A stretch of 64,000 bases of DNA from the human T2T-CHM13v2.0 reference genome, Homo sapiens. Below are positions 38,499-50,379 of the stretch, in pieces (positions within the stretch are counted from its first letter, which is position 1; the number at the start of each line of letters is the position of its first letter). The notes beneath the pieces are model-generated. The model worked only from the letters and a program-made list of their open reading frames with translations, was not told the DNA's origin and did no database searches. The position numbers and the translations under genes are program-made. The stretch lies in the NCBI RefSeq assembly GCF_009914755.1, contig NC_060933.1. The stretch is one strand, 5' to 3'.

Positions 38499-40158
38499 TC
38501 CTCCTTCTTTAGAGTTAGGGACTGAGAATGATCTTCTACATTTTGCAAGCTAATGAGATTTGATCCCCAAGGCACAGAGTTCTAACTAATTAATGTGTAG
38601 GGGGCAGGAGGAGTGGAGAGGAGTGGACTAGGCCTCTTCTTCCGTATTCTTCTGTACATCAGGTCCTCTAGCTGGAAAAGAACTCAGCACTCTCTCAACA
38701 GTGCCTGTAAAAGGAAAGGCAACACCCTTACACCTTCTCTCTTGCTGTCTGCCCAAATAGCACCTGTTATCAGGCATTCTCTAGCTTGGTCACATGGCCT
38801 TTTTTCCTTAATCAATTGTCAGTCTATAAAGACACTTCTACTCCCCTACATGAAGCAGTATTCTAAAGGACTTCACCTGTGATTCAGAAGGCTCAAGCAG
38901 CACTTAGGTCAATGATTAGTACTTACCTCAGAGCCTTTTGTGAGACCAGCTGCCTCCAGTCACCTATGGTGGAGAGCTGGATTGAAGGTCTGAGGAGCTC
39001 AGAGAGGTAAGATGAAGACATTTGTCATTTTTTTTTCTATATAGCCAACTTAACTTCTCCTAGCTCTTCTTTGCTTGAGATAACATCTGGAGGCCCCATT
39101 TATTGCAGCAAGAGATTGCTTTTGATTTTAAACATGTATACTTCTGTCATAAAAATTAATTTATATCCAATCACTGTGTGTAAGAAATTAAACAAAAAGG
39201 TTTTCCAAGCCCTAAGCCTTGTTACAAATAAATATGTGCAAGCTAGGTTGACACTGTGTTTTAAAAATACTGTAATACGATGGGGAAGATGAATATCTGC
39301 TCTTCTGATTTAGATTTGAGGTTAGATCGGGTATGTTTGTACCAGAGTCAGCCAGTCTGAATTGCAAGCAAATCACCTTCGGTGAGATCAGATCATAACG
39401 GAAAATGAAGTCACCCAGCCAAAAAGAGTTGAGTCTTACAAAAGACTTCCTTGGTGCTCCTGTTTATATAGGCAAATTACTCACTGTGATGGCTCCTAGG
39501 CCACTGCACTGGCTGAGCCTTTGCCTGCTATTTTTGAGCCAACCATTTATCACAACTAGAGCTTTATTAAAAAGTACTCTCCACTCTTCAGAGAACAAAT
39601 ATGAAAATGTGGTTTCTGAAGATATCAGAACCATTTATTTTTGAAGTTGGCAGCACTGGCTGTGAACACACTGCTCTGGGATGGATCTCTTCTGTTGAAA
39701 GAGGAGTTATATATTTTTCAGAACAAGCTTTTCTCCTTTCATCCACATGAAACAATGAAATATTAAATATGGTATGAAAAAATTAAAGCATTTTGAAAGG
39801 GAAAGAAAAAGAAAATCACACCCCTGATTGGAAACCACTGCGGGAAGCCTCTCTGATAATAGGGAAGAGAAAGTTGTTGGGACCAGGGCTCTCTGATCAT
39901 TCCATCTGTCCCCTGGCTTCCCTGCAGAGCTGGCTGCCCTGCTCTGGGTGACAGCACTAGCTGCTTCCCCTGTAAGGGTGATGGGAGCAGATGGAGCATC
40001 TTTGGGGTGGCTGTCCAAGTCTGACCAGGACTTTCTCATAGAACGCTAGGAAAACTAGTTGAGAAGTGAGAAAATCAGCCAGTTAGCTAGTTAGCTGCTT
40101 GGGATGAGAGACGGGTTGGAATTAGAAAGACTTGAAATCGCCTCTGAAATCCATTTTC

Positions 40159-40390
40159 CTTCTGTTTTCTTTTCTTTTCTTTTTTTCTTTTTTTTTTTTT
40201 TTTTTTTTTTTGAGACAGGGTCTCACTCTGTCACTCAGGCTCACTGCAGCCTTGACCTCCCAGTCTCAAGTGATCCTCCCACCTCAGCCTTTTGAGTACC
40301 TGGGACTACAGGCACATGCCACCGTGCTGCCCGGCTAATTTTTGTATTTTTTTTGTAGAAACAGGGTTTTACCATGTTGCCCAGGCTGGT
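40159..40390 (-). mobile_element. 5'-truncated AluJ with ~25-bp internal deletion
   Basis: GAGACAGGGTCTCACTCTGTC (AluJ diagnostic); long T/CT tail; TSD GAAATCC(A/T)TTTTC at 40146-40158 and 40391-40403. Confidence 0.92.
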
Positions 40391-40403
40391 GAAATCCTTT
40401 TTC

Positions 40404-40765
40404 ACATCAAGCAAAATAGAGTTAATAATATCTACTATCCACCTGGAGGGACTGATTTGGATCATTAATGTAAAGCACCTGGCATAGAGCAGGTATTTGT
40501 CATAATGACGACAGCAAGCACTTAAGTTGTTCTTGTTATACCAGACACTTTCCCAAGCACTTTGTCTTAACTCATTTAATCCAAAAATGACCATATGACA
40601 AAGGCATAATTTTTATCCCCACTAAAGACAAAGAAACTGAGACACAGCAAGGTTAAGTAACTGCTTCAAAACACATACCCTGCTTATAAGAAGGTAATGC
40701 AGATGTAGGATTTATACCCAGGTAGTCTGGCCCTGGATCTCAATCTCTAGTCCTGTGCTCTTTAG
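40404..40765. mobile_element. Two MIRs tail-to-tail (plus ~40404-40510, minus ~40505-40765)
   Basis: Plus: AAAATAGAGTTAATAATATCTAC...TGTAAAGCACCTGGCA. Minus: CTCATTTAATCC...GAAACTGAGACACAG...GGTTAAGTAACT. Confidence 0.7.
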
Positions 40766-41119
40766 GATAGAATAGTCTATATGAATTAATGTTAATTATC
40801 CCCTACTCATAGTAACAGTCTGGTTTTCTTTCCACAGACATGAAAGGTGGTTTGTCATTGTTCTTTTGGCTTAAACATGACCCTGACGAAATTGAGGGTG
40901 CATCTCAGGACTCTGAATTTCTCTTTTGCAGTAAATGACCTTCCTTTTTACTGTCTAAAAAATCCAACACCCTTCTCCTTGATGATATTTAGTTTAAGTC
41001 CATCGTATTCCAGCAGAAACCAGCTGACTTCACTGCATTGATGAACAATGGAGAAACAGCTGGTTAATTAGATATTTCTGATTTTCAGTGGATTGTCAGG
41101 GATTTGTGAAGACATTTTA

Positions 41120-41400
41120 TCTTATTTTTTTCTTTCTATAACTTTTGGGGTACAAATGGTTTTTGGATACATTAGTGAATTGTCAAGTGGGGAAGTCTGA
41201 GATTTTAGTGCACTCATCACCCAAGTAGCAGACATTGTACCCAATATATACTTTTTTATCTCTCACTTTCATCCCACCCTCTTCATCCTTCTGAGTCTCC
41301 AGTGTCCATTATACCACTCTATATGCTTTTGTGTACCCATAGCTTAGCTCCCACTTATAACTGAGAAAGTATGGTATTTGGCTTTCCATTTTGAGTTACT
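41120..41400 (-). mobile_element. 5'-truncated L1PB/L1MA1-2-type 3'UTR
   Basis: TTTTGGGGTACAAATGGTTTTTGG...TTAGCTCCCACTTATAA; perfect 15-bp TSD TGTGAAGACATTTTA at 41105-41119 and 41401-41415; TT/AAAA-type endonuclease site. Confidence 0.93.
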
Positions 41401-42849
41401 TGTGAAGACATTTTAAAGCTAGAGAATCACAGACCATCAAGATGCAATCTAAGATGTCATCAATAAACCTAGGTATCAGTTGCCAAGTAGCAGCCCCTAC
41501 TGATTGAGGGGCAAAAATTGAATTATTGTCACCTTTGTAGGTGGAAACAAAAAGACACCATGTTAAATCAGGATCTTGGCTTGTCCTGATTTATATATTA
41601 GTCTTGCTCTACATAAATTGATGTGTTTTTTAAACATGACTTGGCAGTCCTCATCCAACATTTAGGAGTGATCGAATGAACTGAAGGCTGCATGAAAAAT
41701 TAATTTTGTAAATATATTAGAATTTAAATTTCTAAAGAAATGTACTATTTTGTAAAATCACTTTGTGAAATGGGGGCTTCTCCTGTGAAGAAATATGTTC
41801 TAGTTAGCGTAACTATTCAATACATTCAAATTTGGTATGTGAGGTTTCTTAAAAAGAATTACATGTATATCAATCAGCAACAGTGAAACGGCATAATCCT
41901 GAGTCTTTGAAGGGCACTGGAGTTTGAGAATGATGTTCTCATGGGTGTCACATTTCGTTTTTCCTGCGGTATCTACCTGTGAGTTGTTGGCAGTAATCCA
42001 ACTGTAATCAGACACCATCTGTGATTGCTTTTCTGTTTAACATCAAAACTTCACTGAATATAAATACCTCCCTTCCTTCCATCACCACCCCTCTCTCTGC
42101 TTCCTCCTCCCTAACAGACTTCGGATTTGTTCTCTAGTCAGTTTATTCCTACCCAAGAGGTCCACAGGTTACAATGTAAGAGCAAGTTGCGTTTTCCAAG
42201 TGTCTGTGTGTAAATTGTACGATCGTGTATCAGTAGATATATGAGTATGACCTAAAGCATAAAGAAGTTAAATTCTTGAGCTAGGTTTATCATGAGTTCA
42301 GTCTGATAGCAATTTTATGTTTCTAGTTACAGCTGATATTGCAAACATAAGAAAAGCACTAAAACCACACAGGCACAATGGCATTTGAGGGGTTGTGTGG
42401 ATGATGTCTACCCACATATGTTTCAGTTGTCAGAAGATTCTGTCTTTATCTATGGTGATGATTCGATATTACATGCTCTTGTAGTGCCATATTTACATAA
42501 AGAAAGGAATGAAATGAGATGGGGTTGGGACTTTAGCAGAATGGCTCCAGAGCAGGAAAGATTGGAATTGATCTACTGGACTTGAAACTCATTTTAGCTC
42601 TAAGAATATATGCATTTTGCATTCGACCCTTAAAAAGATATGTTTAAATTATTCCCCATGACAAATATATTTCCTTTTCTTTAAATGTTTAATCAGCACA
42701 AGTTTCCTGTTCAGCTAAGGTATAGCAGCACATCTGTGTAAAGGGAAAAAATATTGCTGGTGTAGAGAGGTGATTCCTTTGCCCTTCTCCTGGCAGGAAG
42801 GCAGTCAATATGCAGGTTACTATATTTAGTCACCTCTATTTTCTGAGCA

Positions 42850-43530
42850 CAAGCTGAGTTAAATCAGAGAGTTCACTCAAAACAGAATAAAATAGAAAGC
42901 AAGAACTGAGAGGATTAGAGGAATCCTTAACTATAAAGGAAGTATACAGTCTTTGTGGGTGTGGGGAGAACCAGTAGAAAAACAGAGGGAGCTGCCATGC
43001 CAGGAAAAGGGGTTTTTGAGGGACCCAGGCAGTAGAGAAGGGGCTTGGATTAGGGCACATGAGGGAAAAAGTATACATAGATGTGGAAATGACCAGCAGG
43101 TACATGGGAAGATGGAAAGATAGAGGAAGTAGAGATTTGGGAATCATCTGCAATAAAGAGACAGTGCTGCATTAATGAGTTCTATTGGGTAATATCCTAA
43201 ATCATATTTAGCATCTTATCAGGTTGTTCTAAATAGATTAATTTACCTTTGAAAAAAGGAATAACGTACATTTCAGTTCAAGATAGACTGAACACAATCA
43301 ACTCCTTCCCTCTAGAGGATATATTAAAATGATAATACAAGCTTTTTCAAGAGTGGAAAGAGAATAAGAAGGGAAACTGCAGTAGATGAGAGACTGCAAG
43401 AGATTTCCAGAAGATGAAATGTGGTTGGAGGCATGGAGACAAATGAAATAGAGCGGAAAAGCACAGGATGTGCTGTGAGGGTCTGGAATGGGGAAAGGCA
43501 TCCACCTGCCTGGAGGGGCTAAGTGTGTGG
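42850..43530 (-). mobile_element. Decayed L2 fragments; boundaries approximate
   Basis: Purine-rich antisense L2-like text (GATGTGGAAATGACCAGCAGG...AGATTTGGGAATCATCTGCA). Confidence 0.5.
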
Positions 43531-43899
43531 AACCACAGGAATGATAAAAGAGGACTGAACAGAAGAGGTCAAAAGGGGAGCATGGAATAAAGGGCTGTGC
43601 CCAGCAGCCTTGTTTGCTCCCTGACCCAGGCAGAGTTTCATGCAGCCTGGCCATTGATTCCAGGATCCTTCTCTAGAGATAATCCAGGAAAAGCCATGCC
43701 CTCTTTTGAAACTCTTTTGACCCCTCAGAAGAAGACATTCCTCTTTCTGGCATTCAACCTATAGCCCACTGCCCATAAAGCTGATCTTTCAAACTGTCTG
43801 ACCCTCCTACACAGATCTTACAGGTTGACTCCCCTGCCAAGGAGGGGACTACTGAGGAAAAATAAAAATTTCCTACTGAACAGAGGAGGAAGCAGACAC

Positions 43900-45062
43900 A
43901 CTCATCACTAATATGACTCATCCAGGGAGGATCAAACACATGTGGAAAACAAATACTATGAAAGAAAAGGACCACAGTTATCAGAGAAAATAGACATAAT
44001 TCAGAAAATAGAAGAGGACTTTTAAAGAAATCCTTTGGTACCCTCAACAAGATTCGAGAAGCTATTATATCCATAAAATAGAATCAAATCGCTGTGAAAT
44101 AGGGACAAAGAACCAGTTGGCATGCCTAAAAATTGTATGAAGTATAATTGCTATAAATGCAGAGGATCTACAAAACATGGAGAAAAATAGGAAGAGAACA
44201 TAAAAATGAAATAAATATGAAGCATAGAGGCTTAATTCAAAAATATTTATCTTCTGACTAGGAAGGGTTTAAGAACAACAGGTCTTAATGAAAAGAAGTG
44301 TGTGCTAGGGCTGGCATAACAAAGTACCACAATCTGAGTGGCTTAAACAGTAAAAATTTATCGTCTCACCGTTCTGGGGTTGCTGGAAGTCAGAGGTCAA
44401 GATGTCAGTAGGGTTGGCTCCTTCTGAGGGCTCTGAGGAAGAATTGCTCTATGCCTCTCTCCTGGCTCTGTTGGCTTTCCAGCAGTCTTTGGTGTTCCTT
44501 GGCTTGCAGAAGTATCACCCCATCTCTGCCTTCATCTTCTTGTGGCATTCTTTGTGTTTACATGTCTGTTTTATGTCAACATTTCCTTCTTTAGTAAGAA
44601 CAAAATGTTTTTGGATTAGGACCCACCTTAATAATCCATCTTAACTTGATCATCTGCAAAGACTCTATTTCCAAATAAGGTCACATTTGCAGGTACTGGG
44701 AGTTAAAACTTCAACATGTTTTTTTGGAGGTGGGTACAATTCAATCCATAGCAGGATGGAAATTTCTTTAAAAGCTAATAGAAAAAATATCCCAAAGATA
44801 AAGATAGGCACAAGGATTTGAAATGCAAAGAGATACTGAGGGGCAAATGAGACGAATAAAAAAGATTCCTGTCTAGAGACATCTTCATGGAATTTAAAAA
44901 CAAGAAGTTTAAAGAATATTCCTCAAGCTTCTAGAAAGGATAAACTGGTTGACTTCAAAGAATGAGAATCAGACCATCACGAGACTTCTTAGCAACATCA
45001 ATGGATGTTAGAAGAAAAGTTTTCAAAGTACTGAAGGAAAAGCATCTTCAAGCTAGAATCCT
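43900..45062 (+). mobile_element. HAL1-like ORF1 segment (continues at ~53130-53490)
   Basis: A-rich ORF1-like text ending GAGAATCAGAC...GACTTCTTAGCAACA...GATGTTAGAAGA...TTCAAAGTACTGAAGGAAAA...CTAGAAT; resumes AATTCTCCACTCAGCC...AATAAAGATATTTTTAGATG. Confidence 0.6.
44299..44753 (-). mobile_element. MLT1C-like solo LTR
   Basis: GCTAGGGCTGGCATAACAAAGTACCACAA...GTCAAGATGTCAG...CTATTTCCAAATAAGGTCACATT...ACAATTCAATCCATAGCA. Confidence 0.92.
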
Positions 45063-45067
45063 TTTGC

Positions 45068-45732
45068 TTTTTTTTTTTTTAAATGCGGTATAACACATGG
45101 GGTAAGATGCATAAATCTTAATTGTACAGCCTGATGAATATATATCTGTGTCACCACCAACCTCATCAAGATATAGACTATTTCCATCATTCCAGAAACT
45201 TCCCTAATGCTCCTTTCCAGTCAATACCCATCACTCCCCACCATTCAGGTAATCAAAATTCTGACTTTTATCACAGTTGATTTTCTTTTTCTGTTTCTGA
45301 AATTTAATTTAATCATATAGTATATACTTCTTATGTCTTGATTTCAAAATTTACTATAATAGTTTTAATGTTTATCCAAGTTGTTAAATGGATCAGAAGT
45401 TCATTCATTTACTGAGCAGTATTCTATTACATTATTATAGCATGATTCATTTATTCATTTTCCTATTGATGGACATTGGGTTGTTTCTACTTTGAAGCTG
45501 TTAGGAAATAATTAAATAGTCCTCAATAACAATGTTGCACAAGATTTTGAGAAATACTAATTATATCTTTTGATTATGTACCTAGAATTGGAATTGCTGT
45601 GTCATAGGTAGGTTTGTGTTAAAATGTATGAGAAATTGCTACATGGTATTTCAGTTTCACCCTTTCATCAGCAATGTATTCTGAAGTTTCACGGGATCTA
45701 CATTTTCTCCAGTATCTGGTATTATCAATCTT
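45068..45732 (-). mobile_element. L1ME-type 3' end, first part (continues 52830-53130)
   Basis: T tail; ATCAAGATATAGAC...TTGATGGACATTGGGTTGTTTC...GAATTGGAATTGCTG; continuation GCCATTTTTG...TGAATTTGCTTTTCCCTGATG after 52830. Confidence 0.85.
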
Positions 45733-45923
45733 TTCTTTTAAAAATCTTTTATTTTAGCTTCGGGGGGTACATATGAAGGTTTGTTATACAGATAAAATTG
45801 TGTCATGGGAGTTTGGTGTACAGATTATTTCATCATCCAGGTACTAAGCATAGTATCTAATAGTAATTTGTTCTGATTCTCTCCCTCCTCCCACCCTTTA
45901 CCCTCAAATAGGGACCTCCCACC

Positions 45924-46359
45924 TGGGAGGGAGGCTGTACCCTGCAAAGCCACAGGGGCAGAGCTGCCCAAGACCATGGGAACCCAGCTCTTGCATCAGC
46001 ATGACCTGGATGTGAGATCTGGAGTCAAAGCAGATAATTTTAGAGCTTTAAAATTTGACTGTCCCACTGGATTTCAGACTTGCATGGGCCCTGTAACCCC
46101 TTTGTTTTGGCCAATGTCTCTCATTTGGAATGGCTGTATATACATAACACCTGTACCCTGATTGTATCTAGGAAGTAGCTAGCTTGCTTTTGATTTGACA
46201 GGCTCATAGGCGGAAGGGACTTGCTTGTCTCAGATAAGACTTTGGACTATGGACTTTTGGGTTAATTCTGAAATGAGTTAAAACTTTGGGGGACTGTTGG
46301 GAAGGCATGATTGGTTTTGAAATGTGAGGACGTGAGATTTGGAGGGGCCAGGGGAGGAA
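45924..46359 (+). mobile_element. THE1-int 3' part with polypurine tract
   Basis: GGCTGTACCCTGCAAAGCCACAGGGGCAGAGCTGCCCAAG...; PPT GGAGGGGCCAGGGGAGGAA directly before the LTR. Confidence 0.93.
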
Positions 46360-46710
46360 TGATACGGTTTGGCCATGTCCCCACCCAAATCTCAACTCAA
46401 ATTGTATCTCCCAGAATTCCCATGTGTTGTGGGAGGGACCCAGGGGGAGGTAATTGAATCATGGGGGTCGGTCTTTCTCGTGCTATTCTTATGATAGTGA
46501 ATAAGTCTCACGTGATCTGATGGGTTTATCATGGGTTTCAGTTGCTTCCTCCTGATTTTCTCTTGTCACCGCCATGTAAGAAGTGCCTTTCACCTCCTGC
46601 CATGATTCAGAGGCCTCCTCAGCTATGTGGAACTGTAAGTCCAATTAAACCTCTTTTTCTTCCCAGTCTCAGGTATGTCTTTATCAGCAGCATGAAAACA
46701 GACTAATACA
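46360..46710 (+). mobile_element. THE1A-like 3' LTR
   Basis: TGATACGGTTTGG...GGAACTGTAAGTCCAATTAAACCTCTTTTTCTTCCCAGTCTCAGGTATG...ACTAATACA. Confidence 0.95.
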
Positions 46711-49700
46711 CTACTGATTATTGTATGTTGATTTTATATCCTGAAACTCTGTTGAAGTTGTTTATTAGCTCAAGGAGATTTTGGGCAGAGACTACTGGGT
46801 TTTCTAGATATAGAATCGTGGTCATCAGCAAACAGGGATATTTTGACTTCCCATCTTCCTTTTTGCATGCCTTTTATTTTTTTCTCTTGCCTCATTGCTT
46901 TGGCCAGGACTTCCAATACTATGTTGGATAGGAGTGGTGAGAGAAGGCATCCTTGGCTTGTGCCAGTTTTCAAGGGGAATGCTTCCAGCTTTTGCCCATT
47001 CAGTTGATGTTGGCTGTGGATTTGTCATACCTGGCTCTTCTTATTTTGAAGTATATTCCTTCAATGCCAGCTTACTGAGGGTTTTTTTTTTTTAACATAA
47101 GCTATGTTGACTTTTATTGAAAGCATTTTCTGTATCTATTGAGATAATCATGTGTTTTTTGTCCTTAATACTGTTTATATGATGAATCACATTTATTGAT
47201 TTGTATATGTTGAACTAACCTTGCATCCCAGAGAAAAAGCTTTATTGATCATGGTGAATTAGCTTTTTGATGTGCTGCTGGATTTGTTTTGCTAGTATTT
47301 TGTTGATGGTTTTTGTATCAGTGTTCATCAAGGATATTGGCCTTAATTTTCCTCTTTTGTTATGTCTCTGCCAGGTTTTGATATCAGGATGATGTCAGCC
47401 TCATACAATGAGTTAGGGAGGAGCCATTCCCCCTCAATTTTTGGAAAAGTTTCAGTAGGAATGGTACCAGCTCTTCTTTGTACATCTAGTAGAATTTGGC
47501 TGTGAATCCATCTGGTCCTAGGCTTTTTTTTTTATTGGTAGGCTATTTATTACTGATTCAATTTTGAAGCTCATTATAGGTCTACTCAGGGATTCAATTT
47601 CTTCCTGGCTCAGTCTTGGGAGATGTGTGTGCCCAGGAATTTATCCATTTCTTCTGGATTTTCTAGTTTGTATGTACAGAGGTATTCATAGTATTTTCTG
47701 ATGGTTGTTTGTATTTCTGTGGGGTCAGTGGGAACATCCCCTTTGTCATTTCTAATTGTGATTATTTTCATCTCTCTCCTTTATTAGTCTAGCCAGTGGT
47801 CTGTTTTATTATTTTTTTTCAAAGAACCAATTCCTAAATTTGTTGATCTTTTGTCTAGTTTTTTGAGTCTCAGTCTCCTTCAGTTCAGCTCTGAGTTTGG
47901 TTATTTCTTGTCTTCTGCCACCTTTGGGGTTACTTTTCTTTTGCTTCTCTAGTTCTTTTAGTTGTAATGTTAGGCTGCTAAATTGAGATCTTTTAAAATT
48001 TTTGATGTGGGCATTTAGTGCTATAAATTTCCCTCTTAACACTGCCTTAGGTGTGTCCCAAAGATTCTGGTATGTTATGTCTTTGTTCTTGTTAGTATCA
48101 AAGAACTTCTTGATTTCTGCCTTAATTTCATTGTTTACCCAAAAGTCATTCTGAAGCAGATTATTTAATTTCCATGTAATCACATGGTTTTGAGCAATTT
48201 TTTAGTCATGATTTCTATTTTTATTGCACTGTGGTAGAAGAGTGTGTTTGGTATGACTTCAGGTTTTTTGAATTTGCTGAGGATTGTTTTATTCTGATTG
48301 TATGCTCAATTTTAGAGTGTGTGCCATGTGGTGATAAGAATAATGTATATTCTGTTGCTTTGGGATGGATAATTTTGTAGATGTCTATGAGGTCCATTTG
48401 ATCCACTGCTGAGTTCAAGTCTAAAATATCTTTGTTAATTTGCTGCCTTGATGGTCTAATACTGTCAGTGGGGTGTTGAAGTCTCCCACTATTATTGTGT
48501 GGGAATCTAAGTTTCTTCATAGATCTCTAAGAACTTGTTTTATGTGAACCTGGGTGCTCATGTGTTAGGTGCATATATATTTAGAATAGTTAGGTCTTCT
48601 TGTTGAATTGAACCCTTTACTATTATGTAATGCCCTTTTTTGTCTTTTTTTGATACTTGTTGGCTTAAAGTCTGTTTTATCTGAAGTTAGGACTGCAACC
48701 TCTGTTTTTTTCTCTTTTCTGTTTGCTTGGTAGATTTTTCTCCATTTCTTTATTTTGAGCCTATTGATGTCACTGCATATGAGATGGGTCGCTTGAACAC
48801 AGCATGCCAATGGGTCTTGCTTCTTTATCCACTTTTCCACTCTGGGCCTTTTAATTGGAGCATTTAGCTCATTTATATTCAAGGTTAGTTTTATTATGTG
48901 TGGATCTGATCCTATCATCATGTTGTTAGCTGGTTATTATGCACACTTATTTGTGTGGTTGCTTTACAGTGTCACTGGTCTGTGTATTTAAATGTTTTCT
49001 ATAGTGGGTGGTAATGGTTTTTCCTTTCCATATTTAGTGCTTCCTTCAGGAGCTCTTGTTAGGCATGTCTGATGGTAATGAATTCCCTCAGCATTTGCTT
49101 GTCTTTCTTTTTAACTTATGAAACTTAGTTTGGCTGGATATGAAATTCTTGGTTGGAGTAAGTTTTTCTTTCAGAATGTTGAATGTAGGCCCCCAATCTC
49201 TTCTGGCTTATAGGGTTTCTGCTGAGAGGTCTGCTGTTCATCTGATAGGCTTCCCTTTGTAGGTGACTTGACTTTTCTCTCTAGCTGCCTTTAACATTTT
49301 TCTTTCATTTTGACCTTGGAGGGTCTGATGATTATGTGTCCTGGGGGTGGTCTTCTTGTGTAATATCTTGCAGGGGTTCTTTGCATATTCTGAATTTGAA
49401 TCTTGGTCTCTCTAGGGAGGTTCAGGAACTTTTCATTAACAATATTCTGAAATATGTTTTTCAAGTTGCTTGCTTTCTCCCTTTTTCAGGGATGCTAATG
49501 AGCATAGATTTGGTCTCTTTACATAATCCCATATTTCTTAGAGATTTGTTCATTCCTTTTCATTCTTTTTTGTGTGTGTGTTTTTGTGGCTGTCTTGTTT
49601 CAGAGAGCCAGTCTTCAAACACTGAGAGTCTTTTCTTAGCTTGGTCTATTCTGCTGTCAATACTTCGGATTGCATTATGAAATTCTTGTAGTGTGTTTTT

Positions 49701-50379
49701 CTGCCCTCTCATGTCAGTTTGGTTCTTTTCTATACTGGTTATTTTGTCTATTAGCTCTTGTATCATTTTATTATGATTCTTGGATTCCTCGAAATGGATT
49801 TTGCTGTTCTCCTGAATCTTGATGATTTTCGTTCCTATTCATATTCTGAATTTGATTTCTGTCATTTCAGCCATCTCAGCCTCGTTAAGAACCTTTGCTG
49901 GAGAATGAGTGCATTCATTTGAAGGAAAGAAGACACTCTGGCCTTTTGAGTTGCCAGAGTTTTGTGCTGGTTCTTTTTCATCTCTGTGTGTGGGTGTTCC
50001 TTTAACTGTGGTGTAAATTGAGTACAGTCAGTAGATTCCTTTTCTGGATATTTTCAGAAGGCCAGAGGTTTGTGCAGGGTTTTTATTTGTATTTGACTTC
50101 TTGTCTTTGGTTTCACAGGCTGGTATGTTAGCAAACTATTTTTGGAGTTGAAGTTTTGGGGTGTGTTCCAGTAGGTGGCACTTAAGCATAATGGTCAGGA
50201 GATGGGCTCTGTCTCAGTTGTGTTGCTCCTCTGTATTTTCTCACAGTTGCAGCCATGCTCCCTCTCAATGCTCTGAAAGTGTGGGCTCCTCTCCCACTTG
50301 AGGGCTGGCTGCAGATCATGGCTTGGCCCTCCTGGGCTGCCCATCACAGCTCTGGAGTGACCTCAGGGTTTATGTTCCC

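Noticed and set aside
40404-40765. Tail-to-tail MIRs as a miRNA-like hairpin
   Set aside because: The copies are too diverged for me to find a continuous stem.
41800-42018. 72-aa minus-strand ORF in unique sequence as a coding exon
   Set aside because: No recognisable family and no convincing flanking splice-site pair; the length is within chance expectation.
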